From Planctomycetota bacterium (GTDB lineage Bacteria; Planctomycetota; UBA8742; UBA2392), in contig JAMQHL010000020.1 in assembly GCA_025993795.1 (NCBI GenBank), positions 12,471 through 76,470 on the forward strand: a stretch of DNA of 64,000 nt, read 5' to 3'. Position 1 is the stretch's first letter. Each line of letters opens with the position of its first letter. The notes beneath the pieces are model-generated. The model saw only the letters and a program-made list of their open reading frames with translations, was not told the DNA's origin and did no database searches. Positions 1-8,565 of the stretch are shown one piece after another. A program made the position numbers and the translations under genes.

Positions 1-333
1 CAGCGCGCCGCCGCCGATGCTGAACACCTGCCACTGCGCAAGGCGCACGCCGGCGGCATCAAACGCTTCCCACAACATGCCGTTTGGATGAAAGGGCAGG
101 CGCTCGCGCGGCTTCCACTCAATCGTGAAGGCGCGGTTGCCGAACACGCTCTGCATCGCAACGTCACTCAGGTGCCCGCGGCCCGTGGCCGCCAGGCTGG
201 CGTACAGCGTGACCTTGAAGCTTGATGCTCCGGCGTTGCGTTCAAGAAACAGTTCGGCTGCGCGCTTGGGGCCCATGGTGTGGCTGGCGCTGGGCCCGGC
301 ACCGATACGGTAAAGCTCGCGGAGCGATTCCAT
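1..333 (-). CDS. sdaA: L-serine ammonia-lyase (Fe-S dependent serine dehydratase), N-terminal part, runs off left edge
   Basis: Not in ORF track because no stop lies in the window. My reverse translation from ATG at 333 gives MESLRELYRIGAGPSASHTMGPKRAAELF...LYASLAATGRGHLSD...FSIGGGAL. The GPSxSHTxGP and TGxGH motifs are typical of the family. GGAG lies upstream of the ATG. Confidence 0.7.
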   Translation of the reverse strand, partial: MESLRELYRIGAGPSASHTMGPKRAAELFLERNAGASSFKVTLYASLAATGRGHLSDVAMQSVFGNRAFTIEWKPRERLPFHPNGMLWEAFDAAGVRLAQWQVFSIGGGAL

Positions 334-337
334 GGTG

Positions 338-369
338 CAAAACTCCCCGGTCGTTGACCGACCGGGGAG
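338..369 (-). terminator. Rho-independent terminator closing the T6SS array
   Basis: Perfect 11-bp stem (343-353 ctccccggtcg / 359-369 cgaccggggag) with a 5-nt loop, followed on the minus strand by TTTTG. It lies 28 nt downstream of the DUF4150 stop. Confidence 0.7.
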
Positions 370-396
370 CAACGGTATCGCAAAGCCGCACGCCGT

Positions 397-804
397 CTAC
401 GGGGCGATGAGCACCATGACCTGACTTGGGGCGATCTGCGCGCCGGCGGGCATGTTGGCGTTGTTGCCGTTGTGGCCGCAGATTGCAGTAATCGTGCACT
501 GGCCCTTGCCCTCGGTCTTCACCTTCATGCTGGCCTTCTTGAACACGATCTTGCCCTTGAACTGGTTGCTGATCATGCCGCCCAGGCTGCCGGCTTCGTC
601 GCCGCTGGACATGGGGATCTCGCTGCCCATCAGGATCGCCGGCTGGCTCATCACCTTGACCTTGGTGGAAACCTTGGTGGCCTGCATGCACATGCCCAAG
701 TTGGGAAAAGGCGTCGGAATCGGCGGTGCAGGCGGTGCGGGCACCTTGCACACGTCGGGTACGCCCAGGCACTGGCCGCTCATTTTTGTCGATGCTGGAA
801 GCAT
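397..804 (-). CDS. PAAR-like protein, DUF4150 family, no C-terminal toxin extension (135 aa)
   Basis: N-terminus GVPDVCKVPAPPAPPIPTPFPN matches the DUF4150 signature (PDVCKTP...P.PYPN). GAGGA RBS lies before ATG 804. It is the last gene of the vgrG module. Confidence 0.8.
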   Translation of the reverse strand: MLPASTKMSGQCLGVPDVCKVPAPPAPPIPTPFPNLGMCMQATKVSTKVKVMSQPAILMGSEIPMSSGDEAGSLGGMISNQFKGKIVFKKASMKVKTEGKGQCTITAICGHNGNNANMPAGAQIAPSQVMVLIAP

Positions 805-858
805 ACTGTCCTCGCGATCTCTTGTTCAAGCTTCGGTTCGTGTGAGCGAACTGTCTGC

Positions 859-1383
859 CTATCCAAGGTGAATGCGTTCACCGTTCAGGCGCACGTCTTT
901 CTTGGCTTTCACGATGTGCCTTTCGGCGCGCTCGATGTTCGCGCCGTCCACCTGCACTTTGCGACGGCCGGCCTTGATCGACGCGAGGTCTTTCACCCAG
1001 CGCATCGCGTTAGTGACCTTCTCGCTCAGCGTGCGGGCGACAAGTTCATATTTGCCGGCAGTCACCTTTACCTCAGGTGCCTGCATCTCGATACGCTCGC
1101 CACTGCTGAACTGGAAACCACCGCGGGCGTGGAAGTGGGCATTGGCCGGGAAGTGCAGGCTCATGTCCCCCTGCGCATGCAGCACGCCGATGATGTACGC
1201 GGGCGCATCGCCGATCACCAGCACGACGTCGCCCGCCTGCGGCGCGTAGGGAAACGCCAGCGCATTCTGCGCGCTTGTTTCAACGCCTTCCCGCAATACG
1301 GTGATGTCAGCACCTTCGACCTTGTGCACTATGGCCGGCCCCAGCTTGGTGCCCTGCATAGTTTCAGTCACAGTTTCATACAT
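859..1383 (-). CDS. DUF3540-like protein (174 aa)
   Basis: Size, the pattern A..A..Y.P..GD.VLV...A.YIIGVL, and its position between a pentapeptide protein and DUF4150 match the DUF3540 family seen in vgrG islands. AGGAGA RBS is present. Confidence 0.6.
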   Translation of the reverse strand: MYETVTETMQGTKLGPAIVHKVEGADITVLREGVETSAQNALAFPYAPQAGDVVLVIGDAPAYIIGVLHAQGDMSLHFPANAHFHARGGFQFSSGERIEMQAPEVKVTAGKYELVARTLSEKVTNAMRWVKDLASIKAGRRKVQVDGANIERAERHIVKAKKDVRLNGERIHLG

Positions 1384-1404
1384 GGCTCGTCTCCTTGATT
1401 CCGC

Positions 1405-3324
1405 CTACTTCTGCGGCTTCCAGTTCTCTGCCTCAAGCTTGTCGGCATCGGTGCGCTTGACCTGCTTCAGGTTGGCCCTGGCAAAGTTCGCGCCGTCATC
1501 GCGCGAGCCGTGCAAGTCGGCCCCCAGCAGGTCTGCACCGCTGAAATCCGTAAACTGCAGGTTGGCATGGGTGAACATGGCGTACTGAGCGACTGCATTG
1601 GTAAAGCGCGCCTTCTGCGCATTGAGCCGGTCCATGAACGTCTCGCGGATGTCGGTGCCATCGAACTGCGCCTCGGTAGCGTTAGCACCCGGGAAAGCCG
1701 CCATGTGCAGCATCGCACCGCTGAACACCGCACCCTTTACGTTCGCGTTCTCAAAGTTTGCGCCGGTCAACTGCGCCGACTTGAGCACGGCCTTTTCCAG
1801 ATTCGCGTTCTTGAACGCAGCCTGCGTCAGTTCAGACCCCGACAAGTCGATGCCGGCGAGACCCGCGTCTTCGAAATCACAAAGCGTGAAACGCGATTGC
1901 GGCAGTTTCATGCCCGCCATGTTCACTGCGCGAAACTCGCAGCGCTCGTACCTGCCGCCGGCCAAGCCGACTTCGCGCAGGTCGCTGTCAGCAAAGCTAA
2001 CGCCGGTCAACTTCGCGTCTTGAAAGTCTGCACCCTTGAGGACGGCGTCAGACACATTCGACTCGTCCAGGGTCGCGCCGCGAAACGACGCGCCGGTTGC
2101 GTTGGCACCCACCAGTGTGGCACCCGAAAGGTCGGCCTGTGAAAGGTCCGCGCCGGACAGGTCGGCTGTGCTGAAGTCGGCATCGTTCAGTCGCGCACCG
2201 CGCAGCTTGGCACCGCGCAGGTTCGCGCCGTTGAAGTCGGCCCCAATCAGCGAGAAGCCCTCGAAGACAAAGCCCTGCAAGTCCACGCCATCAAACGACG
2301 CGCCGTTCAATGTGCTGCCGCTGAGCTTGAGGCCCTTGACGGTGGCGCCCGAAAACCGCGCGTCGGTCAATTCGCAATTGCTGAGGTCAAACCCGGAAAG
2401 GTCACAGTTCTCCAGCACAGCCGCGCCCAGCTTGACGCCCGCCAGCTTTGTGCCCGCCAGCTTTGCCGCATCGAAGATCGCGCCGGTGCAGTCGCTGCCG
2501 CTGAAGTCAGCGTCGGTCAGGTCTGCGTCGCGAAAGTGGACATCCTGCGCGGCACAGCCTTTAAGGTTCGCGCCCGTCAGCAGCGCACCGCGAAACGTAC
2601 TGCCCTTGAGGGCGCGGTTCGAGAAATCCGCGCCCGTAAGGTTTGCCTCGCCGTAACTGCCGCTGATCGTCGCCGGGAAGTCACGCGCGCCAGCCCAATC
2701 GCTGCTTTCCGCAATCAGGTTCTCCATGCGCGCGCTGGTCAGGGTCGCGCCGCGCAGCGTGGTTGAAATCATGACGGCACCGGTCAGGTTTGCCGATGAA
2801 AGGTTGCAGCCATCCATGACGGCCATGTTCAGGCCCGCATCGGTAAGGTCTGCGCCGCTGAAGTCAGCGTCCTGCAGGTTGCCGGTGTCAAATGACGAGT
2901 TCACAGCCCTGGCACCAGTGAACCTGGCGCCCTGCAGCTGAGCGCCCGTCAACGCGATCTCCGTCAGGTCCGCGTTGCTGAAGTCGGCGCGCGGGGCGCG
3001 TACTCCCGCCATGCCGGCCGCCGACAGATTCGCCTCGTGCAGTTGGGCACCGTCCAGGCTGACATCGGAAAAGACCGCGCCGGCAAGGTTTGCGTTGCGC
3101 AGGTTGCAGCCCTTGAGATTGCAGGACGCGAACAGGGCACCTGACAGGTCCGCGCGCGACAGGTCAGCGCCCTGAAGATTGATACCGATCAAACGCACGC
3201 CCGCAAGCCTGGCGCCCGCCAGCTTCGCCCCCGCGAGGTTGAGACTGTCGACCTGTGCGCCCGCCGGCAGCCCGCCCCCGAGGGCGTGGTCGATGAACGA
3301 CTTGTTGTCAGCAATCTGCGTCAT
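1405..3324 (-). CDS. Pentapeptide-repeat protein, 639 aa, nearly wall-to-wall A(D/N)LxX repeats
   Basis: Translation is continuous 5-residue repeats (ADLSG, ANLTG, AKLAG...), with one break near aa 205-225. The start overlaps the upstream stop as ATGA (3321-3324). Confidence 0.9.
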   Translation of the reverse strand: MTQIADNKSFIDHALGGGLPAGAQVDSLNLAGAKLAGARLAGVRLIGINLQGADLSRADLSGALFASCNLKGCNLRNANLAGAVFSDVSLDGAQLHEANLSAAGMAGVRAPRADFSNADLTEIALTGAQLQGARFTGARAVNSSFDTGNLQDADFSGADLTDAGLNMAVMDGCNLSSANLTGAVMISTTLRGATLTSARMENLIAESSDWAGARDFPATISGSYGEANLTGADFSNRALKGSTFRGALLTGANLKGCAAQDVHFRDADLTDADFSGSDCTGAIFDAAKLAGTKLAGVKLGAAVLENCDLSGFDLSNCELTDARFSGATVKGLKLSGSTLNGASFDGVDLQGFVFEGFSLIGADFNGANLRGAKLRGARLNDADFSTADLSGADLSQADLSGATLVGANATGASFRGATLDESNVSDAVLKGADFQDAKLTGVSFADSDLREVGLAGGRYERCEFRAVNMAGMKLPQSRFTLCDFEDAGLAGIDLSGSELTQAAFKNANLEKAVLKSAQLTGANFENANVKGAVFSGAMLHMAAFPGANATEAQFDGTDIRETFMDRLNAQKARFTNAVAQYAMFTHANLQFTDFSGADLLGADLHGSRDDGANFARANLKQVKRTDADKLEAENWKPQK

Positions 3325-5603
3325 TTTTCCAGCTTGGTCATCTTCAGGTTCGCGCCACCGAAATCGGCGCCCTTGGTCTTGGCGTCAAGGAACTCGGCTG
3401 CGTAGAAGTTCGACGCCACCAGCGACGCGCCGCGCAGGTCAGCCTGCTCGAGCAGCGCCTGGTGAAAGTTTGCGTTGCCGGCCTGGGCGCTGGACAGGTT
3501 GGCTTTGCGCAGCATCGCGCCGGAAAGGTCGGCCCCGAAGAAGCGCGCACCGCTGAGGTCGCTGAACTGGAACTGTGCATCTTTCAGGTTGCATTCGCTG
3601 AAGTCGGCGCCTTTGAGCGTGCTGTTTTCCCACACGCTGCCGGCGCCATTGGCGCCCTTGCACTTCGCGTTCGTGAAGTTGCTTTTCTCGCCGCCGCGGA
3701 AACCGGAAAGATCCGCCTTCTCAAACTTCGCGCCGCTGGCATCAACCTGGTCGAAACCGGAGTCCTTGAGACTTGCCCCGGTGAAATCCGCGCCCTGCAA
3801 CTGCGCGCCGGTGAAGACGCCGGCTTCAAGCTTTGCGCCGGTAAACACGGCGTTGGCAGCCTTGAGACCCGCACATATGGCGTCTTTGCCCTGCGCTCCT
3901 GCAAAACTTGCGCCTTCGGCGACGGCGTCGATCATCATGACATCGTCAAGCTTGGCATTGTCCAGTTTCGCGCCGCTGAGGTCCGCGCCGCTGAAATCAG
4001 CGTCCGTCAGGTCAGCGCCGGTCAGGTCTGCACCTGCCAGCTTGGCGCCGATAAACGACACGCCCTTGAGTTTGGCGCCCGCCAGGTTCGCGCCGCTGAG
4101 TTGCGCATCGTTGAAGTAACAATCCGTCAGGTCGGCACCGGCCAGGTCTTGCGACTCAAGCTCGCTGCCGCTGAAGTCTCCGCCCTGGGCCTCGCGCGAC
4201 TTCAGCAGGCCCATCAGGCCCTTGGTGTCGGTGGGCTTGGGCGCCTTGCCGGACTGTGCCAGCTTCATGGCGGCCTTGACGTCGGGGTCGGCCAGGATGT
4301 CAAGGTCGGCTGCGCTGATGCGTTTGGGCAGCCCCATCTCGGCGGCCAGCGGCGATGCCAGCAGCTTGTCAATCATCGACTTCAGGTCGCCCGGGCTTGC
4401 GGGTTTGGTTGCAGCCTTGGCAATGTTCAGTTCGCTGCCGATGCTGGCCTGCGCTTGAGACTCGGCCTTGGCTGCGTAGCCGTCCACCAGTTTTTCAATC
4501 CCGGAAATCTCGGCTTCCAGTTGCTTGGCGCGCTCAGCGCGGTGCGCCTTGGTTTCAACTTCTTCGGGCGCTTCGTCGCCCTCTTGCAGGGTGTCAAACA
4601 ACGGCACCAGTGCCTCCAGGGGCTGGGCCTTGCCCACGGGCTCGCTGACCACCAGCACATCGCGACACTCAAGCCAATCGCTGTCGCTGACGTCTGCGAT
4701 GCCGCGCCAGACGAGGTACATCTGCGACTTGTCGGCATCGACGTGCAGGGTGTCTAGGTTCATCGGCACTTCGCGAACGCGGGCAGGTTCGCTCTCGTTG
4801 CCTTCGCGCAGCAGCACACGCACACGCAGTCCCGGCAGGCGCGTCTTGAGCACCGCGTGATCCGCGTGAAGATTCGTCAGCTCAACCTCTTCGTCTCCGC
4901 GCAGGAAGCCTTCCAGCTGCTGGTCGGCAGGTGCCGCGTTGAAGTAGGTCCAGTCAAAGTCCTTGGGGAACGCCGGGAAGCGCTCTTTCAGCCACTTGTT
5001 GTCGTAGGTGCCCAGCTTGCCCGTGCGCAACTTCCAGGTGCGGTGAACGGGGCCGAAGCCGGCGGGCTGTGGCTTATCGCCATAGCCGGTAATCAGGCTG
5101 GTCGGCAATTCGATGTTGGGCAGGATGCCGTCTTTGGCACCCTTGCCGGCGGGGTTGGCGCCGTGCTTTGGGCCACCAAAAGCGTTGGCCCATGTCAGCG
5201 GCAGCTTCGTGAACGGCTCAATCTCTCCGACCTTGGCGAACACCATGCCCTTATGCCACACGCGATTGCCGATGCAGGCCAGCGACTTTGACCACCCGCC
5301 GACGCGAAAACTGACCGGGCAGGTCGTGGAGGCCTTGCCGCCGGGCACGTGGCAGGTGCCCGTGAGCAGCAGGTCAGCGCGCGGCTTGAACAGGGCCAGG
5401 TCGGCGTCGTACAGGCATTCCGGCACTTTGGCTTTGCTGAGCACGTCGCCCTCAAGGGCGGGTTGCGGCTCAAGCGGCTGGCACACTCCGCCGTGGACCA
5501 TGTGGAAGGCGGCCTTAACCACAAGGCTGGCCGTGTGGGCCGGGAAGTTGACCCGGCCCATCATCGGCGCGAAAGCAAAGGTTGTGCGGTTGGCGATTTC
5601 CAC
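3321..5603 (-). CDS. DUF2169 N-terminal domain fused to C-terminal pentapeptide repeats (760 aa)
   Basis: The N-terminal ~330 aa (MEIANRTTFAFAP...VVKAAF...) resemble DUF2169 T6SS adaptor proteins. Pentapeptide repeats run from about aa 470 to the end. GTG start has a GAGGGAG RBS, 21 nt after the vgrG stop. Confidence 0.8.
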   Translation of the reverse strand: MEIANRTTFAFAPMMGRVNFPAHTASLVVKAAFHMVHGGVCQPLEPQPALEGDVLSKAKVPECLYDADLALFKPRADLLLTGTCHVPGGKASTTCPVSFRVGGWSKSLACIGNRVWHKGMVFAKVGEIEPFTKLPLTWANAFGGPKHGANPAGKGAKDGILPNIELPTSLITGYGDKPQPAGFGPVHRTWKLRTGKLGTYDNKWLKERFPAFPKDFDWTYFNAAPADQQLEGFLRGDEEVELTNLHADHAVLKTRLPGLRVRVLLREGNESEPARVREVPMNLDTLHVDADKSQMYLVWRGIADVSDSDWLECRDVLVVSEPVGKAQPLEALVPLFDTLQEGDEAPEEVETKAHRAERAKQLEAEISGIEKLVDGYAAKAESQAQASIGSELNIAKAATKPASPGDLKSMIDKLLASPLAAEMGLPKRISAADLDILADPDVKAAMKLAQSGKAPKPTDTKGLMGLLKSREAQGGDFSGSELESQDLAGADLTDCYFNDAQLSGANLAGAKLKGVSFIGAKLAGADLTGADLTDADFSGADLSGAKLDNAKLDDVMMIDAVAEGASFAGAQGKDAICAGLKAANAVFTGAKLEAGVFTGAQLQGADFTGASLKDSGFDQVDASGAKFEKADLSGFRGGEKSNFTNAKCKGANGAGSVWENSTLKGADFSECNLKDAQFQFSDLSGARFFGADLSGAMLRKANLSSAQAGNANFHQALLEQADLRGASLVASNFYAAEFLDAKTKGADFGGANLKMTKLEK

Positions 5604-5624
5604 AAACTCCCTCGTGGTGATGCG

Positions 5625-8027
5625 TTACTTGTACTGGCCGCCGGGCGTGCCCTTGCATTGCAGGTTGCCCATCGACTTGATGGTCATCTGCGGCGCCTTG
5701 AGGCCTATGCCACTGCCGGTGACCTTTTCGCTGGAGCCGCCGTTGACGATCTTGATGCCGGCGGGCGTCATCTCGATCTTGCTGGCGCCGCACTTGAGCA
5801 CCAGCTTGGTCATGGCATCGATTTCGATTTCTCCGGTCAGGGACTCGAGTTTGCAGTTGCCCAGTGCCTGGGCCTCCCACTTCTTGGCGACCTTGAAGGT
5901 CCAGTCGTCTTTGCCGACACTGAACGACTTGGACTTGTCCAGCTTGATACTCTTGCCCCAAGTGGCGGAAACGCCGTCGCCGCGAGTGATGCTGGCCGAC
6001 AAGGCATACGCGGCCTTCAGCTCCGCGCCGACCTGGATGGTCGCGGTTGCCCCGACACTGGTTGCAAATTTGGCGGCGAAGTTGGTGACGTTGTAATCGC
6101 CGATCTTCAGGTCCCAGGATGCCCCGAGCGTCTTGGCTGTGGAGTCACCGGCGATATTTTCTTCTTTCTTGCCGGTGACCTCGATACCCATGTCGCCGCC
6201 GACCTTGATGTTGTATTCGCCGCCCGTGGTCAGGCGCATGCCGTCAGCGTCTTTGGCTTTGCCGTCGGTGCCTTCGCCTGCCGACTTGCCGATGCGGATC
6301 TGGCAGCCGCTGACCTTGGCCTTGAGAATGATGTTCTCATTGCCCTTGTCGATGATGATCTTCTGGTCGTCGGCGCCCGAACTGATTTCAATTTTCTCCG
6401 AGCCGTCGGTGCCGTCGATGAACAGCTTGTTGATCTGGCTGGTGGTGAACAACGAAATCTGCGGCGCGCCCTGTGTGTCGTCCAGAGTGAGCGTGTTGCC
6501 GACAGGCGTGACAATCGTGTTGTGCGTGTGGTTGTGCTGGTGCACGACACTGGTGTTCTGTTCGTTGTAAACGGCGCCGGAGATGATGGGGCGGTCAGGG
6601 TCGCCATCGATGTGGGTGATCAGCACCTCAGCGCCCTTGAGCAGTGGAAAGTGCATTCCCTGGCTTGGACCGGCGTAGCTTTCAGCTTTGCGCACCCAGC
6701 GCGAGGCATTGCCGTCGCCGGCGTCGCCGCGGTCGAGGGGCAGGCGAACCTTGTAGCGGCCCTTGTCATCGATCTGGGCGTAGGGTGTGCCGCCGTCTTC
6801 GCCGTCAATCACGCCGTGCAGCACGCCCTTGATGCTGGGCCAGGCCGTGACGCAGGGCGGACGGAATGTCTTGGATTTCGGTATCGCAAGAAAGGTGTTG
6901 GTGTAAGTCGCGCCGGAAGCGTTGCCGCTGCCCAGTGCCACTGACTGAGTCGCGGTGTGCGCAATCTCGACCAGCAGATACTCCTGGTAGAAGGCGTCAC
7001 TGAGCCCGTTGTTAGTCTTTTCCTTGGCCTCGTCAGGCGCCTTGAGCTTGAAGACCATGCCGGCACGAAAGCCTCGGGCGTCCGCAGTGCCGCGGTACTC
7101 AAGTTCGCGGCAGTTGATTTCCTCGGCGCGGACGTCGGCGAGTTTCTTGCCTTCGCCCTTGTCGCTGTAGTGGTTGTTGAACTCGTAGACCGTGCCGATG
7201 CCCTTGGCGCTGACTGTGGACTTGCAGTCAAGCTTGTCCTTGGGCGTGCGCCAGTTGTAGTCGTTGAGGACGACTTCCTTGGGCAGTTGTTTCTGCGTGC
7301 AGGAAATCGCGGTCACCACTTCTTCCTTGAACCAGTCGTCGGTGACATCTTCTGAGTCCGATCCTTCTTTCTGCGCGTTGTTGCCCTGCTGCGGCTTGTA
7401 CCGGAACTCGTTGTCACCGATCAGCGTGCCGTAGCCCTCAGAGGTGCCGCGGAAGACGACTTTTTCCTCATCGTCGTCCTGGGTGAAGTAGTAGTAGATG
7501 CCTTCGTGCTCAAGCCAGCGGTGGATGAAGTCGAAGTCCGACTCTTCGTACTGCACGATGTACTCGCGCTCTTTGTAGCCGCTGAGTTTGTCGATATCGC
7601 AGGTGACGCCGTATTCGTCGCAGATCTTCTTGACCATGTCGGGCACGGTCGTGTCCTGGAAGATGCGGCTGTTGTGCGACAGCGAGAGCTTCCACAGGCG
7701 CGGCACCAGCAGTGCGCGGTACTGGACGGCATCGAGGTGCCGGCCCGCCTGCTCAATCGACTCGATGATGCCGTGGATTTTGACAGTTGTGGCCGCGCGT
7801 TTGTCGCTGCCGGCCTGTTTGACGCCCTGCTTGATGGCGATGTACGCGGGCTTGTGGATGATCGACTCAAGGTCGATGTCCTTGTCCTCGCTGGCCAGTT
7901 CCAGAAAAAACTGGTAGGGCTTGCTGATGCACTCTGAGCCGGAAAGCGCGGTGATCTCAAGCTTTCCGTCTTCCAGTGCGTCAGAATGAAACTTCATGAC
8001 CTGTGACGCTGCGATTTCCGTTGCCAT
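5625..8027 (-). CDS. vgrG: T6SS spike protein VgrG (TssI)
   Basis: Typical VgrG gp27/gp5-like sequence (FFLELASE..., YIVQYEESDFDFIHRWLEHEGIYYYF, beta-helical C-terminus). I prefer ATG at 8027 (MATEIAAS...) with an AGGAG RBS over the track start at 8114. Confidence 0.93.
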   Translation of the reverse strand: MATEIAASQVMKFHSDALEDGKLEITALSGSECISKPYQFFLELASEDKDIDLESIIHKPAYIAIKQGVKQAGSDKRAATTVKIHGIIESIEQAGRHLDAVQYRALLVPRLWKLSLSHNSRIFQDTTVPDMVKKICDEYGVTCDIDKLSGYKEREYIVQYEESDFDFIHRWLEHEGIYYYFTQDDDEEKVVFRGTSEGYGTLIGDNEFRYKPQQGNNAQKEGSDSEDVTDDWFKEEVVTAISCTQKQLPKEVVLNDYNWRTPKDKLDCKSTVSAKGIGTVYEFNNHYSDKGEGKKLADVRAEEINCRELEYRGTADARGFRAGMVFKLKAPDEAKEKTNNGLSDAFYQEYLLVEIAHTATQSVALGSGNASGATYTNTFLAIPKSKTFRPPCVTAWPSIKGVLHGVIDGEDGGTPYAQIDDKGRYKVRLPLDRGDAGDGNASRWVRKAESYAGPSQGMHFPLLKGAEVLITHIDGDPDRPIISGAVYNEQNTSVVHQHNHTHNTIVTPVGNTLTLDDTQGAPQISLFTTSQINKLFIDGTDGSEKIEISSGADDQKIIIDKGNENIILKAKVSGCQIRIGKSAGEGTDGKAKDADGMRLTTGGEYNIKVGGDMGIEVTGKKEENIAGDSTAKTLGASWDLKIGDYNVTNFAAKFATSVGATATIQVGAELKAAYALSASITRGDGVSATWGKSIKLDKSKSFSVGKDDWTFKVAKKWEAQALGNCKLESLTGEIEIDAMTKLVLKCGASKIEMTPAGIKIVNGGSSEKVTGSGIGLKAPQMTIKSMGNLQCKGTPGGQYK

Positions 8028-8109
8028 GTCTCGTCTCCTGTTTCGAACGTCGCTTGTTCCGAGCAACGTCAGGAAGCATGTCGTACGATTCAATTCTCCA
8101 CGCCAAGGC

Positions 8110-8123
8110 CGCAAAGGCCGCCA
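8110..8123. repeat. Left arm of the inverted repeat bracketing the GxxExxY gene
   Basis: cgcaaaggccgcca is the exact reverse complement of 8543-8556 (tggcggcctttgcg). It is embedded in a 9-nt tandem aaggccgca/aaggccgcc. Confidence 0.8.
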
Positions 8124-8124
8124 T

Positions 8125-8565
8125 TTACTGCTCTTCGGGTAGTCCGTTCACTACCCGCCGAATATTGCCCTTCAGGTGTTCGCAATTGAAGTTGATCAGC
8201 AGGCCGAGCCTCAGGCCGGACAGTTTCAGATATGTGATTACCTGCTTGAAGTGAATCTTGCCGAGTTCATCTACCGACTTGAGTTCAATAAGCACCACAC
8301 CGTTGACTATCACGTCTGCCCGGTAGCCTGCACCGTGCTGCATGCCATCAAACTTCACCGGGATCGAAACTTCACTCTCGACTGCAAAGCCTTGCTTGAT
8401 CAACAGGTAGACCAGCACCGTGCGATACGCGGACTCAAGCAAGCCAGGCCCCAATTCGCTGTGAATGCGATAGGCGCGATTAATGACCTCCCTGGCGATT
8501 CGATCTTCTTCGGTTGTTGCCATGGCAGTTCCTTTGCGTACTTGGCGGCCTTTGCGCGAGATCAT
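8125..8565 (-). CDS. GxxExxY protein (PD-(D/E)XK nuclease-like family), inserted between clpV and vgrG
   Basis: Contains GPGLLESAYRTVL (the GxxExxY motif) and the overall family pattern. The long start ATG at 8565 overlaps the clpV stop as ATGA. An alternative start M15 at 8523 gives a 132-aa protein of typical family length. Confidence 0.8.
   Translation of the reverse strand: MISRKGRQVRKGTAMATTEEDRIAREVINRAYRIHSELGPGLLESAYRTVLVYLLIKQGFAVESEVSIPVKFDGMQHGAGYRADVIVNGVVLIELKSVDELGKIHFKQVITYLKLSGLRLGLLINFNCEHLKGNIRRVVNGLPEEQ
8543..8556. repeat. Right arm of the inverted repeat bracketing the GxxExxY gene
   Basis: tggcggcctttgcg is the reverse complement of 8110-8123. A cctttgcg unit is repeated at 8531-8538 and 8549-8556. 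Confidence 0.8.

Noticed and set aside
1510-4119. Multiple plus-strand ORFs with periodic 'SAP/RSA/LAP' patterns antisense to, or out of frame with, the pentapeptide-repeat genes (for example 2036-2656 and 3475-4119).
   Set aside because: The periodicity is the 15-nt pentapeptide repeat read in the wrong frame or strand. The minus-strand frames give canonical A(D/N)LxX repeats.
8028-8114. N-terminal 29-aa extension of VgrG in the track ORF (start 8114).
   Set aside because: The internal ATG at 8027 has an AGGAG RBS and gives a typical VgrG N-terminus. The extension is Arg-rich and overlaps the intergenic and repeat region.
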